Below the pieces are notes generated by a model. It was given only the letters and a program-made list of their open reading frames with translations. It was not told the origin of the DNA and made no database searches. Positions 18,218 through 30,183 of a stretch of DNA of 64,000 nucleotides are shown in pieces. A program made the position numbers and the translations under genes. Position 1 is the first letter of the stretch. Each line of letters begins with the position of its first letter. Source of the stretch: an uncultured Chloroflexia bacterium (GTDB lineage Bacteria; Chloroflexota; Limnocylindria; Limnocylindrales; CSP1-4); assembly GCA_963763775.1 (NCBI GenBank), contig CAVXPZ010000004.1:544001-608000 (forward strand), read 5' to 3'.

Positions 18218-19643
18218 CTAGAGGTAGGCGAGCGGGTTGACGCGCCGTCCGCCGTTCCAGACCGGGCCGATCCAGACCTCGAAGTGGAGGTGCGGACCCG
18301 TCGCGTTGCCGGATTGGCCGACGCGGCCGACCTGCTGGCCTCGACCCACGCGCTGGCCGCGGCCGACGGTGATCGAGGACATGTGGTTGTAGGTCGTGTA
18401 GAGGTTCGAGCCGTGGGCGATCCACACCTGATACCCGCCGCCGTTGCTCTTCCAGCCGGCGAAGATCACCGTGCCGCCGCCGCCCGCGCGGACCGTGGAG
18501 CCGTAGTCGGCGGCGATGTCGATCGGCGTAGTGACCGTAGTGGTAGTACTGGCTGATGTAGTTGCCGCCGCCGACGACCGGCCACACGAAGTGGCCGCCG
18601 TTGTAGTGCGTCGGAGGCCGGACGGATCGCCCGCCACCGCCACCCGAGGGGCGCGGCCGGCTGACGGCCGGCTTCTTGACCGGCTTGGGCGCCGGGATCG
18701 CCTTGCCCTTCGCGCCCGGCACGATCAGCACCTGCCCGACGACGAGGTTGGGGTCGGTCAGGTTGTTCGTGCTGATGATCCGCGACTTCTTGACCTTGAA
18801 CTTCGCGGCGAGCGAGTCGAGGGTATCGTCCGGGGTGACCGTGACGACGAGCCCGCTGACCGGCGGGATCAGCAGGACCTGGCCGAGATGCAGTTCGTCC
18901 TTGGCCTTGAGGTCGTTGGCCCAGTAGAGCGTCATCATCGAGACGTCGAAGCGTGAGGCGATGCCCGTGAGGGTGTCCCCACCCTTGACGCGGTACTTCT
19001 TGAGGAGGCCCCGCCCGTCCTCGACGGTCGTGTCGACCGCGACCGGCTTGAGCAGCGTGCCGTCGTCGAGGAAGGGCCCGCTGACCCCGGTATCGGAGAC
19101 CGGCGTGTTCGCCGCGAGCAGGAGGGCCACGGTGTCGTCGCCGCTGAGGTCCGCGGAGCGCAGGTCGATCGGGGTGACCCGGCTGAAGAGCGTCACTGGA
19201 ACGGTCGACTCGGCCGGGTAGGTGTCGTCGTAGGCACCGGTCTCGTCGAGGCCGGCGTCGCCGCCGACCGCCAGCCGGGCAGCGTCGCCGCCGCCGGTCG
19301 TCCCGCCGACCGGACCGCCCGGTCCGGAGGGTGCCGCCGCGGAGACGCTCGCGACCGAGGCGCCGAGGATGATGCCCGCCACCGCGAGCGCGACGACCTT
19401 GTCATGGCCGAGACGGCCCATGAGACCGGTGCGATCGAGGCGGGCCGCCTGCTGGATCGTCCGACGACGACCGTGGGCGGGGGCGAGTTGTGCAGCCACG
19501 GCGACCGTCCGAACGCCGCCCTGTACCCGCCTGGCCGCGGCCACGCTGTGGGTCTGGAGCGACGTCGTGGGGTCCGATCCGAGGCTACGGGGCCGACGCA
19601 GCCGTCCGATGACGCGCTGGACGCCGACCGACGCATTCAGCAA
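18218..19643 (-). CDS. LysM x2 + M23 peptidoglycan endopeptidase; frameshift near 18524
   Basis: YRVKGGDTL..IA, second LysM, then IDIA, YNH, GPHLHFEV in shifted frame; AGGAG before TTG 19643. Confidence 0.88.
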
Positions 19644-19789
19644 TACGGTCTCCTGGCGTGGGGACGGTCGGTGGCGCGGATGGTGCGCGAGGATGGGTCG
19701 TGGGACCCGACCGTCCTGGGTCGCGGTATCGAGCTGGGGGTCTCTCTTCGCGGCCGCCGCCCGTTTCTCGGGCTACGACATCAGCCCGA

Positions 19790-19819
19790 ACGGTACCACG
19801 GAGGTTGCGAGACTGACAA
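19790..19819 (-). promoter_or_regulatory. Putative sigma70 promoter TTGTCA-N18-TACCGT for the LysM/M23-obgE unit
   Basis: Near-consensus hexamers in the intergenic region. Confidence 0.5.
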
Positions 19820-19899
19820 ACCCTCGAAGGTCGCGAAACGGTGTCAGATGGCCCTTGCGTGGTGGCTCCGAGCACCGGTTCCGGCGGTCGCGGCCGTCG

Positions 19900-21315
19900 C
19901 TACGCGTCGAGGCTCTTGGTCAGCGTCGAGAGGAATTGGGCGTTGCTGTCCGTCTTGGCGAGGCGGTTGAGGAGGATCTCGATCCCCTCGTTCGCGCCGA
20001 CGGCGGAGAGCATCCGGCGCATCGTCCAGACCATCTTGAGCGTGCCCTCCTCCAGGAGGAGCTCCTCGCGACGGGTGCCGGACCGCTGGACGTCGATCGA
20101 CGGGAAGATGCGCTTCTCGGCGAGCTTGCGGTCGAGGATGAGCTCCGAGTTGCCGGTGCCCTTGAACTCCTCGTAGATGACGTCGTCCATCCGCGAGCCG
20201 GTGTCGACGAGGCAGGTCCCGATGATCGTCAGCGAGCCGCCTTCTTCGATGTTCCGCGCGGCACCGAAGAAGCGCTTCGGCGGGTACAGGGCGATCGGGT
20301 CGAGGCCGCCCGACAGCGTCCGGCCCGACGGCGGGAGGGCGAGGTTGTAGGCGCGCGCGAGGCGGGTGATCGAGTCGAGCAGGATCACGACGTCGCGGCC
20401 GGTCTCGACCTGGCGCTTGGCGATCTCGAGGGCCATCTCGGCGACGTGCGTGTGGTTCTCGGTCGGCTCGTCGAACGTGGAGCTGATGACCTCGCCCTTG
20501 ACGCTGCGGCGCATGTCCGTGACTTCCTCGGGCCGCTCGCCGATGAGCGCGACCATGAGGAGGATCTCCGGGTAGTTGGCGCTGACGCCGTTGGCGATCT
20601 GCTTGAGCAGCATCGTCTTGCCGGCCTTCGGCGGGCTGACGATGAGGGCGCGCTGGCCCTTGCCGATGGGGTTGACGAGGTTGATCAGCCGCTGGCTGAG
20701 GTTCTTCGGGTCCGTCTCGAGGTTGATCAGGACGTCCGGGTGGACCGGGGTCAGGTCGCCGAAGACGGGGCGGCGGCGGGCGGTCTCCGTGTCGACACCG
20801 TTGACGGCATCGACGCGCAGCATCCCCCAGTACTTCTCGCCTTCGCGCGGGGCGCGGACGGCCCCGGAGACGCGGTCGCCGATGCGGAGGCCGAAGCGGC
20901 GGACCTGGCTCGAGCTGACGTACACGTCCTCGGGGCTGGGCAGCAGGCCGTGACGGCGCATGAACCCGAAGCCCTCGTCGACGATGTCGAGGATGCCGCT
21001 CGCGTAGGAGTGGCCGGCGCGCTCGGTCTGGGCCTGGAGGATCTGGTCGACGAGGACGTCCTTGCGCTCGCCGGCGCAGGCGTCGAGCTCGAGCTCGCGG
21101 GAGACCTGGCGGAGCTCGGCGACGCTCATCTCGCGGAGGTCGCCGACCTCAAGGTCGTTGCGCTCGCGAGCGGCTTCGAGTTCCTGCTGCTCCTCGAACT
21201 CGGAGACGGGGGCACGTCCGCCACCGCCGACGGGGTTGCGGCGGCGGGGTCGTCGGTTGCGGGAGCGCGCGTCGCGCTGGTCTGGGCCTGGTCCGGGCAT
21301 CTGGGTAGGGGTCAC
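19900..21315 (-). CDS. rho: Transcription termination factor Rho
   Basis: GFGFMR, GKGQRALIVSPPKAGKT, DSITRLARAYN, FFGAARNIEEGGSL, EEFKGTGN. Confidence 0.98.
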   Translation of the reverse strand: MTPTQMPGPGPDQRDARSRNRRPRRRNPVGGGGRAPVSEFEEQQELEAARERNDLEVGDLREMSVAELRQVSRELELDACAGERKDVLVDQILQAQTERAGHSYASGILDIVDEGFGFMRRHGLLPSPEDVYVSSSQVRRFGLRIGDRVSGAVRAPREGEKYWGMLRVDAVNGVDTETARRRPVFGDLTPVHPDVLINLETDPKNLSQRLINLVNPIGKGQRALIVSPPKAGKTMLLKQIANGVSANYPEILLMVALIGERPEEVTDMRRSVKGEVISSTFDEPTENHTHVAEMALEIAKRQVETGRDVVILLDSITRLARAYNLALPPSGRTLSGGLDPIALYPPKRFFGAARNIEEGGSLTIIGTCLVDTGSRMDDVIYEEFKGTGNSELILDRKLAEKRIFPSIDVQRSGTRREELLLEEGTLKMVWTMRRMLSAVGANEGIEILLNRLAKTDSNAQFLSTLTKSLDA

Positions 21316-21425
21316 CTGTGGAAAGGGGCCGGCCGGCCCACGGATGGACCGGTGGTTGCGTGGGGGTCCGAGCGGGCGGTGCGCGCGAATCGAGTCGCAG
21401 CGTCGGTGCCGGTCGGGGTACTTGG

Positions 21426-21454
21426 AGCATAGACGTGCCGCGGCGGCACGTCAA
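21426..21454 (-). promoter_or_regulatory. rho promoter TTGACG-N17-TATGCT with perfect palindrome in the spacer
   Basis: GACGTGCCGC-G-GCGGCACGTC at 21432-21452. Confidence 0.8.
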
Positions 21455-21470
21455 CGGGTGTCGTGAGAGT

Positions 21471-21494
21471 GGCGACGCGAGGATCCGCGTCGCC
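21471..21494 (-). terminator. GC-rich hairpin after the transaldolase gene
   Basis: GGCGACGCG/CGCGTCGCC 9-bp stem, 6-nt loop; weak U tract. Confidence 0.45.
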
Positions 21495-21518
21495 CGGGAC
21501 CGTCGGGGCGGCCCGCCG

Positions 21519-22181
21519 TCAGGACTTGGCGGCTGCCGCCTCCCGTGCCGCGGCCCAGTCCGCCTTGAACTGGACGATGCCCTTGTCGGTGAGCGGGTGG
21601 TGGACCATCTGCTGGAGCACCTTGAACGGCACGGTCGCGACGTGCGCGCCGGCGAGCGCGGCCTGCGTCATGTGCAGCGGGTTGCGGATCGAGGCCGCGA
21701 GGACCTCGGTGTCCAGTTCGTGGATCGCAACGATCTCCGCGAGCTCGCGGATGACGATCATCCCGTCCTGGTTGATGTCGTCGAGCCGCCCGACGAACGG
21801 CGAGAGGAGGCTCGCCCCCGCCTTCGCCGCCAGCAGGCCCTGGTTCGCGGTGAAGATGAGCGTGCAGTTGGTCTTGATGCCTTCCTCGGCGAACCGGTTG
21901 ATCGCCTCGAGGCCGTTCTCGCTCATCGCGACCTTGACCACGATGTTCGGCGCGAGCGTCGCGAAGTGGCGACCCTCGGTCAGCATCCCCTCGACGTCGT
22001 CGGCGATCACCTCGGCCGAGACCGGGCCCGAGGTGATCTTGCAGATCTCCTTGAGGATGTCGTCGTACGAGCCGCCGACCTTGGCGTACAGGGTCGGGTT
22101 GGTCGTGACGCCGTCGAGCACGCCCCAGCGGGCGGCGGTCCGGATCTCCTCGATGTCGGCGGTGTCCAGGAAGATCTTCAT
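21519..22181 (-). CDS. fsa: Transaldolase / fructose-6-phosphate aldolase (short type)
   Basis: IFLDTA, GVTTNP, SPFVGRLDD, AASIR. Confidence 0.95.
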   Translation of the reverse strand: MKIFLDTADIEEIRTAARWGVLDGVTTNPTLYAKVGGSYDDILKEICKITSGPVSAEVIADDVEGMLTEGRHFATLAPNIVVKVAMSENGLEAINRFAEEGIKTNCTLIFTANQGLLAAKAGASLLSPFVGRLDDINQDGMIVIRELAEIVAIHELDTEVLAASIRNPLHMTQAALAGAHVATVPFKVLQQMVHHPLTDKGIVQFKADWAAAREAAAAKS

Positions 22182-22258
22182 GCGGGCAGGCTCCGTGATG
22201 GCGGGTGAGCGAGGGCCGGGCGGCGTCCGCGGATTCTACGCCGGTCGCGGGCGAGCCC

Positions 22259-22927
22259 TCAGAACCGGTCCGCGAGCGCTCGGAGGAGCGCGACGACCGG
22301 GCCGATGGCCAGGGCGGCGGCGGCGGCAAGGGCGACCGTCGCCACGTAGCCGCGGAGGCGTTCGCCGCGGCGGAGCAGCAGCCACGGCAGTGCGAGGCCG
22401 ATCACCACCTCACCGGCGAGCAGGAGCGCGCCCGGGTCCGTGCCCAGCTGGTCGATGTGGACCCAGCGCGATGCCCCGAAGACCACGCCCTCGCCGATGA
22501 AGGCCGCGGCCAGGAGCCCGACCCCGATCGCCCGCGGCCATCCGTGACCGTACCGCCAGACGGCGCCGGCACCGCCCATCACGGGACCGGCCAGCAGCGC
22601 CACGGCGCCCCAGACCGTGGCGGCGTGCGACGCACCGATCGCCCGGAACCCCTGGCCGAAGATCGCGATGAGCGCGTAGTAGGCGGCGACGGCACTCAGC
22701 AGACCGACGAGGCCGCGGAGCGCCCCGGTCGGGATCGTGCGGGCCGAGGCGCCGAGCCAGAACGCCACGGCCAGCCATGCGGCGATCAGGTTCGCGGGGA
22801 TCAGGAGGCTGTAGGGCCACGCGAGCTGGTCCGACACCCAGGACGCCACGCCGAGCGTCGCGCCGCCGGCGATGGAGACGCCGAACCCGCTGACGCCTCG
22901 GGCGACGACGCTGCGGACGCTGGCCAT
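22259..22927 (-). CDS. Multi-TM membrane protein (DUF6518-like)
   Basis: Six to seven hydrophobic helices, AN...W, GALRG...AYY pattern. Confidence 0.7.
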   Translation of the reverse strand: MASVRSVVARGVSGFGVSIAGGATLGVASWVSDQLAWPYSLLIPANLIAAWLAVAFWLGASARTIPTGALRGLVGLLSAVAAYYALIAIFGQGFRAIGASHAATVWGAVALLAGPVMGGAGAVWRYGHGWPRAIGVGLLAAAFIGEGVVFGASRWVHIDQLGTDPGALLLAGEVVIGLALPWLLLRRGERLRGYVATVALAAAAALAIGPVVALLRALADRF

Positions 22928-22943
22928 CCGACCGCGCCGGCGG

Positions 22944-23618
22944 TCAGGGCAACCGGGCGGCGGCAGCCTTGCCCAGGGCGACCGTCTTCGACTTGATCTG
23001 GTCCGGGGGGACGATGGTGTCGAGCAACTGGATCCCCAGCAGGCTGTCACCGTTCCGGATCAACAGGGTATGGACGCTGGGCACCCAGATCGCGGCGTCG
23101 GCGATCCCGGCGACGGACTGGCTCTCGCCCTTGTAGGCGTCGAGCGCCTTGGCCGCGCCGGACACGAGGTACGTGGTCTTCGCCACCACACGGTCGCCGG
23201 CGAGGTACGAGCAGGAACCGGCGGCCCGGTCGCCGGCGTTCGCTCGACGGGTCAGCGCTCCGACCCCCATCACGTCACCGACCTGGCCGACGCTCAACAG
23301 GTCGCACAGCATGGCGCTGACAGACCCACCGGCGGTGGCGCTCGGCTTGGGCGTCGCGGTCGGGACCGGCGTGGCCTCTCGGGGTCGGGGTCGGCGCGCT
23401 GGCGTCGGCGATGCCGACGGGATCTGGGACGGCGCGGAGGCCGAGCCGGACGGCGCCGGACTCGACGGGATCGCGCCCGACTCGCCCGGGCTCGGACTGG
23501 CGCCGACGTCACTCGGGCTCGGCGTCGCCGTCGACGTCGTCGGACCGCAGGCGGACATCGCCATCGCCAGGGCCAGGCTGGCTCCGAGGATCAGGATCGC
23601 GGGGCTGAGGCGTCGCAT
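22944..23618 (-). CDS. Lipoprotein, hypothetical
   Basis: Lipobox MSAC, Pro/Ser linker, CDLLS...CSY domain. Confidence 0.78.
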   Translation of the reverse strand: MRRLSPAILILGASLALAMAMSACGPTTSTATPSPSDVGASPSPGESGAIPSSPAPSGSASAPSQIPSASPTPARRPRPREATPVPTATPKPSATAGGSVSAMLCDLLSVGQVGDVMGVGALTRRANAGDRAAGSCSYLAGDRVVAKTTYLVSGAAKALDAYKGESQSVAGIADAAIWVPSVHTLLIRNGDSLLGIQLLDTIVPPDQIKSKTVALGKAAAARLP

Positions 23619-23657
23619 CGTCGTCGTCCGGGTCGCACGGCCGAACGGACGGTCAGG

Positions 23658-25386
<1,729 letters not shown>

Positions 25387-25634
25387 TCAGGTCCTCCGGG
25401 GGTTTTTCTGATGCTATCGGAAAAGCGCCCCGGATGCGAATCGGGGCACCGTCGGGGACGGTTCCAAGCCTGCCCCGATCGGCGTCCTCGGCCCGCCCGG
25501 TACCACCAGTGCCCGATCGCCCAGATCCACGCTCGGTCAGCTCGAGAAGCGACCGATCGGCGTCGCTTTGCGATAGGTCCGCGAGGAACCTGTCCGCAGA
25601 ACGGGTACTGCTGCTACCGCCGCCGCCTCCGATG

Positions 25635-26954
25635 CTAGGGCGCGTCCAGGCCCTTGAGGGCAGCGTCCCTCACTGGGTCGCGCCCCGCGAAGAAGTCGGA
25701 CGAGCTGAGCGCCATCGGGACGTCCGGCGGGATCTCGGGGCGCAGGTCGCCGTTGTGGCTCATGTCGCCCGGAACGTTGACGACGACGGCCGGGTGCGTC
25801 AGCGGGATGGGGACGCAGTCGCATCGGAAGTTGTCGGCGCGCGCCGGCGTCGGTTCGCCGACCAGCAACGCGTGGGTGTGCACGTCGAACTCGTAGTCGA
25901 ACAGCGTCGCGACCGAGACGTTCTCGCGACCCATGAGCACGGTGAGACCACCATCGCGGTTTACGCGCGGGTCGTTCTTCAGGACGTCGAACAGCCCGAA
26001 GTCGCCGCTGCCGCCGCGGAGGTACCGGATGTCGAGGACGACCCGGTCGGCCTTGCCGGAGTCGAGCGCCTCCTGCAACGCGGTGGCTGCCAAGGTCATA
26101 TCACCGTAGTCGTTCACCGAGATCAGGAACACCTTGCGCTTCTCGTCGAGGCGGTACCAGACTCGCTCGCCGCGTCGTGCGACGGCCTCCGGGGCGTCGC
26201 CGACGAGGTCGCCGAGGATCTTGAATTCCTCCTCCCAGGTCGGCTCATCGACGGCCGGGAAGTCGACCGTGACGCGGGTGCCCTCTGGGCGCTCCACGAC
26301 GTAGCCCGGCTTGCCAGGGTCCTGGACGATGCCGGCGCCGTGCAGGTACTCCACATTCGAGAAGGCGCCCTCGACACCGTCCAGGAACCCCATCTCGTTG
26401 TCGTGCGGGATGAGTGGCCGGAGCGTTGCCTCGACGTCGTCGACTAGGTGGCCGTCGATCGAGATCAGGCGCGATCCGATGAGCGACGGGTCCTTCGCCG
26501 CGATGGTGAACCATCCGTCGGAGAACCGGTAGAAGAGGACTTCGTACTGATGGGCGCCGCCCGTCAATACGATCCAGCTGTGGGTGTCGAGTAGGCCGAC
26601 GAGACTCGCGACGAGGGCGAACTGCGCATCCGGATCAGCGTCGGCGAGTTTCGGAGCGATCTCGGCCAGCTTGGCGATCCACTCGGCCTCCGAGTGGACC
26701 GTGAAGGGCGACACATGACTGGCTCGAACCTGCGTATCCAGGAACTTGAGGCTGGCGGCCCACGGGTCCGCCGAGGGCGGCGCTGACGCGCTGGCTGCGG
26801 AGGCGGCAGGGGCTGGGGACCCGGTGGAGGGAACGGCCGATGTCGAGGATGGGGCGGGCGGCGGCGCCGAGCAGCCGACGACCAGACCGAGGGCGATCGC
26901 CACGACGGTCGCGTGGGTGATCCGACCCGCCCGACCAAGGTCGCCTCGCATCAT
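25635..26954 (-). CDS. Lipoprotein with S41 peptidase-like C-terminal domain
   Basis: Lipobox VVGC; VVLDIRY..GG, GR..VS.A, VGEPT, PD..M. Confidence 0.65.
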   Translation of the reverse strand: MMRGDLGRAGRITHATVVAIALGLVVGCSAPPPAPSSTSAVPSTGSPAPAASAASASAPPSADPWAASLKFLDTQVRASHVSPFTVHSEAEWIAKLAEIAPKLADADPDAQFALVASLVGLLDTHSWIVLTGGAHQYEVLFYRFSDGWFTIAAKDPSLIGSRLISIDGHLVDDVEATLRPLIPHDNEMGFLDGVEGAFSNVEYLHGAGIVQDPGKPGYVVERPEGTRVTVDFPAVDEPTWEEEFKILGDLVGDAPEAVARRGERVWYRLDEKRKVFLISVNDYGDMTLAATALQEALDSGKADRVVLDIRYLRGGSGDFGLFDVLKNDPRVNRDGGLTVLMGRENVSVATLFDYEFDVHTHALLVGEPTPARADNFRCDCVPIPLTHPAVVVNVPGDMSHNGDLRPEIPPDVPMALSSSDFFAGRDPVRDAALKGLDAP

Positions 26955-28076
26955 GGCGGCGTGACCCCCCAGGCGAAGTGGTTGAGCTCGACGCCGGCCG
27001 ACTGGGCCAGCACGACGACATCGGAGCCATCGGCGTTCATCAGGCACAGGGCGCCATCGCAACCGAAGACGATCCTGGACCCATCGGGCGAGTATGCGGG
27101 CTTGAAGCCCGTGTGCTCGGCGTCACCGTAGAGCGTCGTGGGCGGCGCGGCGGGGTCGTTCGCGGGCACCGTCTGGATGAGCTCCAGGTACGTCCCGCTG
27201 GAGTCGTTGTTCGTGTTGTAGACGATCGAGCGTTCGTCTCGCGTCCAGTCGGCGTGCTCGATGTCGCCAGCGTTGGTGGTCGTGACGCGTCGCTCGGCGC
27301 CGGTGGCAAGATCACGGATCGTCAACACATCGAGCTGCGACGAAGCATCCCAGCGGTCGAAGACCACCTCTTTGCCATCGGGCGACAGGCGGGCCTCGGA
27401 GTCGAAGGCGTCGGGATCGCCGATGAGCCGCGGATCCGAGCCGTCGGCGTTCATCCGCCAGAGCGTCTGGCGGAAGCCCGTCATCCTCGACGCAGGTGGG
27501 GATGTCGCACGGCGTCGGGGAGTAGGCGTAGACGAGCCACGAGTCGTCCGGCGCCCAATCGGGCATCGAGGCCCAGCCGGAGGTCGACGTGAGGATGCGC
27601 ATGTCGCTGCCGTCGATGGCGCTCGTCGCGACCTGCCACGTCCGATCGCTCATGAAGATGGAGAACGCCAGGCGCGTCCCATCATGTGAGATGCGCGGCC
27701 GTTCTACTTCGCAGCCCAGGATCCGGCTGAGGTCGGAGCCGTCCGGGTCCACGGCGAAGAGCGGATCGACGACTTGTGAGTAAGCGTCCGAGCGGCTGAC
27801 CTGGCCGAACACGATCCGCCCAGCCGGGTCCGGGCCGTCCTTCACGCTGTGTGCCGCCTCGACCCACGGCGGCTTCAGGTCGGGGCACACCGGCGTCCGA
27901 GCCGCCGCGCTGGCCGAGGGCTCGGATGCGGGCGCTGCCGAGCCGGGCGGGTTCGATGGCGTCGCCGTCGTCGCAGGTGCCGCGGGGACGGCCTCGGGGC
28001 TTGCCGGCGAACCCGCACAGGCGATGACCAGGACCGCCGCGAGGGCAAGGCTCGACGGGCGCAACGTGATGACCAT
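26951..28076 (-). CDS. TolB-like (PD40) beta-propeller lipoprotein; frameshift near 27478
   Basis: Lipobox VIAC; repeated P.WSPDG..I.F and MNADGSD motifs across two frames. Confidence 0.82.
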
Positions 28077-28084
28077 GTCCGCCC

Positions 28085-29476
28085 CTAGTCGTGGAACGCC
28101 GCGGACGCCGGGTCGAGGATGACCGAGGGAAGGGTCCGGCCGTCGGACGACCAGCCACCCGTGAACAGCACGCGACCGTCCGGCAGGACGGTCACCGTCC
28201 GGCCCACCCAGGGCCATGGTGTGTCGGCGGTCATGAAGGCCTCCGTCGACGGGTCGAAGATCGCGATCGTGTGGCTCGTCGGCTGACCGGCCCACGCCGT
28301 CGTGTCGGTCCCGAACAGGACGCGCCCATCGGGCAGGAGGACGCCCTCACCGGGTGGGTCGAACGGGGCGTCGAGGACCCGGAAATCGCCCGTCGCGGGA
28401 TCGAAGATCTCCGCATGATCGCCGGAGCCTCGCGTCACGGGCCCGGTGACCAGGACCCGTCCGTCGGCGAGGACGACCGCCGAGGCGGTATTCGCGGCGG
28501 ACCGCGGCTCGGTCGGCGCGAACGTATCGGTCGCCGGGTCGTACAGTGCGGCGCCGTTCACGCAAACGACCAGGACCCGACCGTCTCGCAGCGTCGCCAA
28601 CGCGCCGCGGCTCGCGTCGCACGGGATGCTCGGCGTCTGGCTGAAGGTGCCGGTCACCGGGTCGTAGAGGTCACCGGGCGGATCCGTGACGGTCCCCTGC
28701 GGTCCGTCGACCCGACCGCCGACGACGAGGACGCCACCGTCGATAAGGGCTGTCGCGGCCGGCCGAACGAGGACGACGAAGTTCACGCCGCAGTGACACC
28801 ACCCTCGCGCCTGGCGAAGCGAACCGGTCTCGCTGAAGGCCCCGGTCACCGGGTCGTACAGCTCGGCGGAGGCCTGCGCCGTCTCGAAGCCGCCGCCGGC
28901 GACGAGGACTCGGCCATCGCGCAGGGTCGTCATCGTCGAGAGGTCATGAGTGGTCGCCGGGGTTCCTGTCGCGGTGAAGGCACCGGTCTTCGGGTCGAAG
29001 AGCTCGGCGGCTGCGGCAAGTCCGCTCTCCGTGACCCCACCGACCAGCAGCACCTTTCCGCCGGGCAGGACCGCAGACTGTTGGCCGGATCCAGCTTGCG
29101 CAGGCCCATCGACCTCGACCCACGGCTGCCCGACGACGGGGAGCGCGCCGAAGGTGGGGACCGCGACGGAGGACTCACCCCGAATCACCGGCAAGGGTGC
29201 GACCGTCGATCGCAGGATCCGGCTCCCCACGAGGAGTGCGGTGGCCGCGACGGCGACCACAAGGATCGCGATGACTACCGGGCGGATCAGTGGCGGCCAC
29301 GGCTTCGAAGAGGAAGGGTGAGCGCCGATGCCGTTGCGCGCCAGGAGCCGCGGGCGCTGCGCGACCCCCTCAGCCCTGCCCATGGCACCGTCGACGAGCC
29401 CAGCCGGCTGACGCGCCGGCGCTGTCTCGTCCATCCAGGCACGGAGGCGGATCTGGAGATCGTTCGAGTCGGTCAT
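28085..29476 (-). CDS. Putative anti-sigma factor: short cytoplasmic N-terminus, TM, Kelch propeller
   Basis: Repeats L.DGRVLV.GG...AELYDP.TG.F; ATGA-coupled to the ECF sigma. Confidence 0.8.
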   Translation of the reverse strand: MTDSNDLQIRLRAWMDETAPARQPAGLVDGAMGRAEGVAQRPRLLARNGIGAHPSSSKPWPPLIRPVVIAILVVAVAATALLVGSRILRSTVAPLPVIRGESSVAVPTFGALPVVGQPWVEVDGPAQAGSGQQSAVLPGGKVLLVGGVTESGLAAAAELFDPKTGAFTATGTPATTHDLSTMTTLRDGRVLVAGGGFETAQASAELYDPVTGAFSETGSLRQARGWCHCGVNFVVLVRPAATALIDGGVLVVGGRVDGPQGTVTDPPGDLYDPVTGTFSQTPSIPCDASRGALATLRDGRVLVVCVNGAALYDPATDTFAPTEPRSAANTASAVVLADGRVLVTGPVTRGSGDHAEIFDPATGDFRVLDAPFDPPGEGVLLPDGRVLFGTDTTAWAGQPTSHTIAIFDPSTEAFMTADTPWPWVGRTVTVLPDGRVLFTGGWSSDGRTLPSVILDPASAAFHD

Positions 29477-30030
29477 GCCGTCTGTCCATCTGCAAGGCGG
29501 ATCGGCCGTTGGTCCGCGTCCAAGGCCGCCCGGAGTGCGGCGATCGATCGGTTGAGGCGTGACTTCGTCGTCCCCAGCGGGATGCCGAGGGCAGCCGAGA
29601 CGTCCACGAGGGACAGGTCGGCGTAGTAGACGAGAGCAAGGATCGTCCGCTGGTCGTCCGTGAGTCGGCGGAAGGCGCGTTCCATCTCGTCACGATCGGC
29701 CAGCGCGCCAACGGCGTCGCCGGTCGCGGCGCCTTCGATCGCCGGCATGGAGATCTCGGTGACCCGACGTCGCTGGTCGCGGCGCGCGGTTCGATAGCAG
29801 GAGCGGACGAGCAGGCGATGCAGCCACGCATCGAGGCGGTCCGGGTCGCGCAGGCCGCGGATGTCACGCCACGCGTCGACGAGTGCGTCCTGCACCGCGT
29901 CCTCGGCCCGGTCCGGGTGGCGCAGGATCAGTCGTGCGGTCGCGTACAGCCGGGGGGCGGCGCCGTCGGCCAAGGCCGAGAAGGCGTCCCGATCGCCACG
30001 CTGCGCTCTCGCCACGAGCTCTGCCTGCAT
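29473..30030 (-). CDS. ECF RNA polymerase sigma factor
   Basis: AQRGD.DAF, AEDAVQ, WL.R, GIPLGTTKSRL. Confidence 0.95.
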   Translation of the reverse strand: MQAELVARAQRGDRDAFSALADGAAPRLYATARLILRHPDRAEDAVQDALVDAWRDIRGLRDPDRLDAWLHRLLVRSCYRTARRDQRRRVTEISMPAIEGAATGDAVGALADRDEMERAFRRLTDDQRTILALVYYADLSLVDVSAALGIPLGTTKSRLNRSIAALRAALDADQRPIRLADGQTA

Positions 30031-30183
30031 CGCCGCTCCCAGGTTGGCTCCGCTCCATGCGGACGCTACATCGGACAAGGGGTGGCTGATGACCGTCGAG
30101 GTTCCATCTTGCGTTGTGGCACGCCGTCATCGCGACCGTGAGGTCAGACTCTGGGGAGTTGTCATCCCCATCGGAGGAGTCCC

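Noticed and set aside
19644-19900. c-di-AMP (ydaO) riboswitch upstream of the M23 hydrolase
   Set aside because: Conserved ydaO elements such as GAAUCC and CCCGUCAGCUAAC were not found
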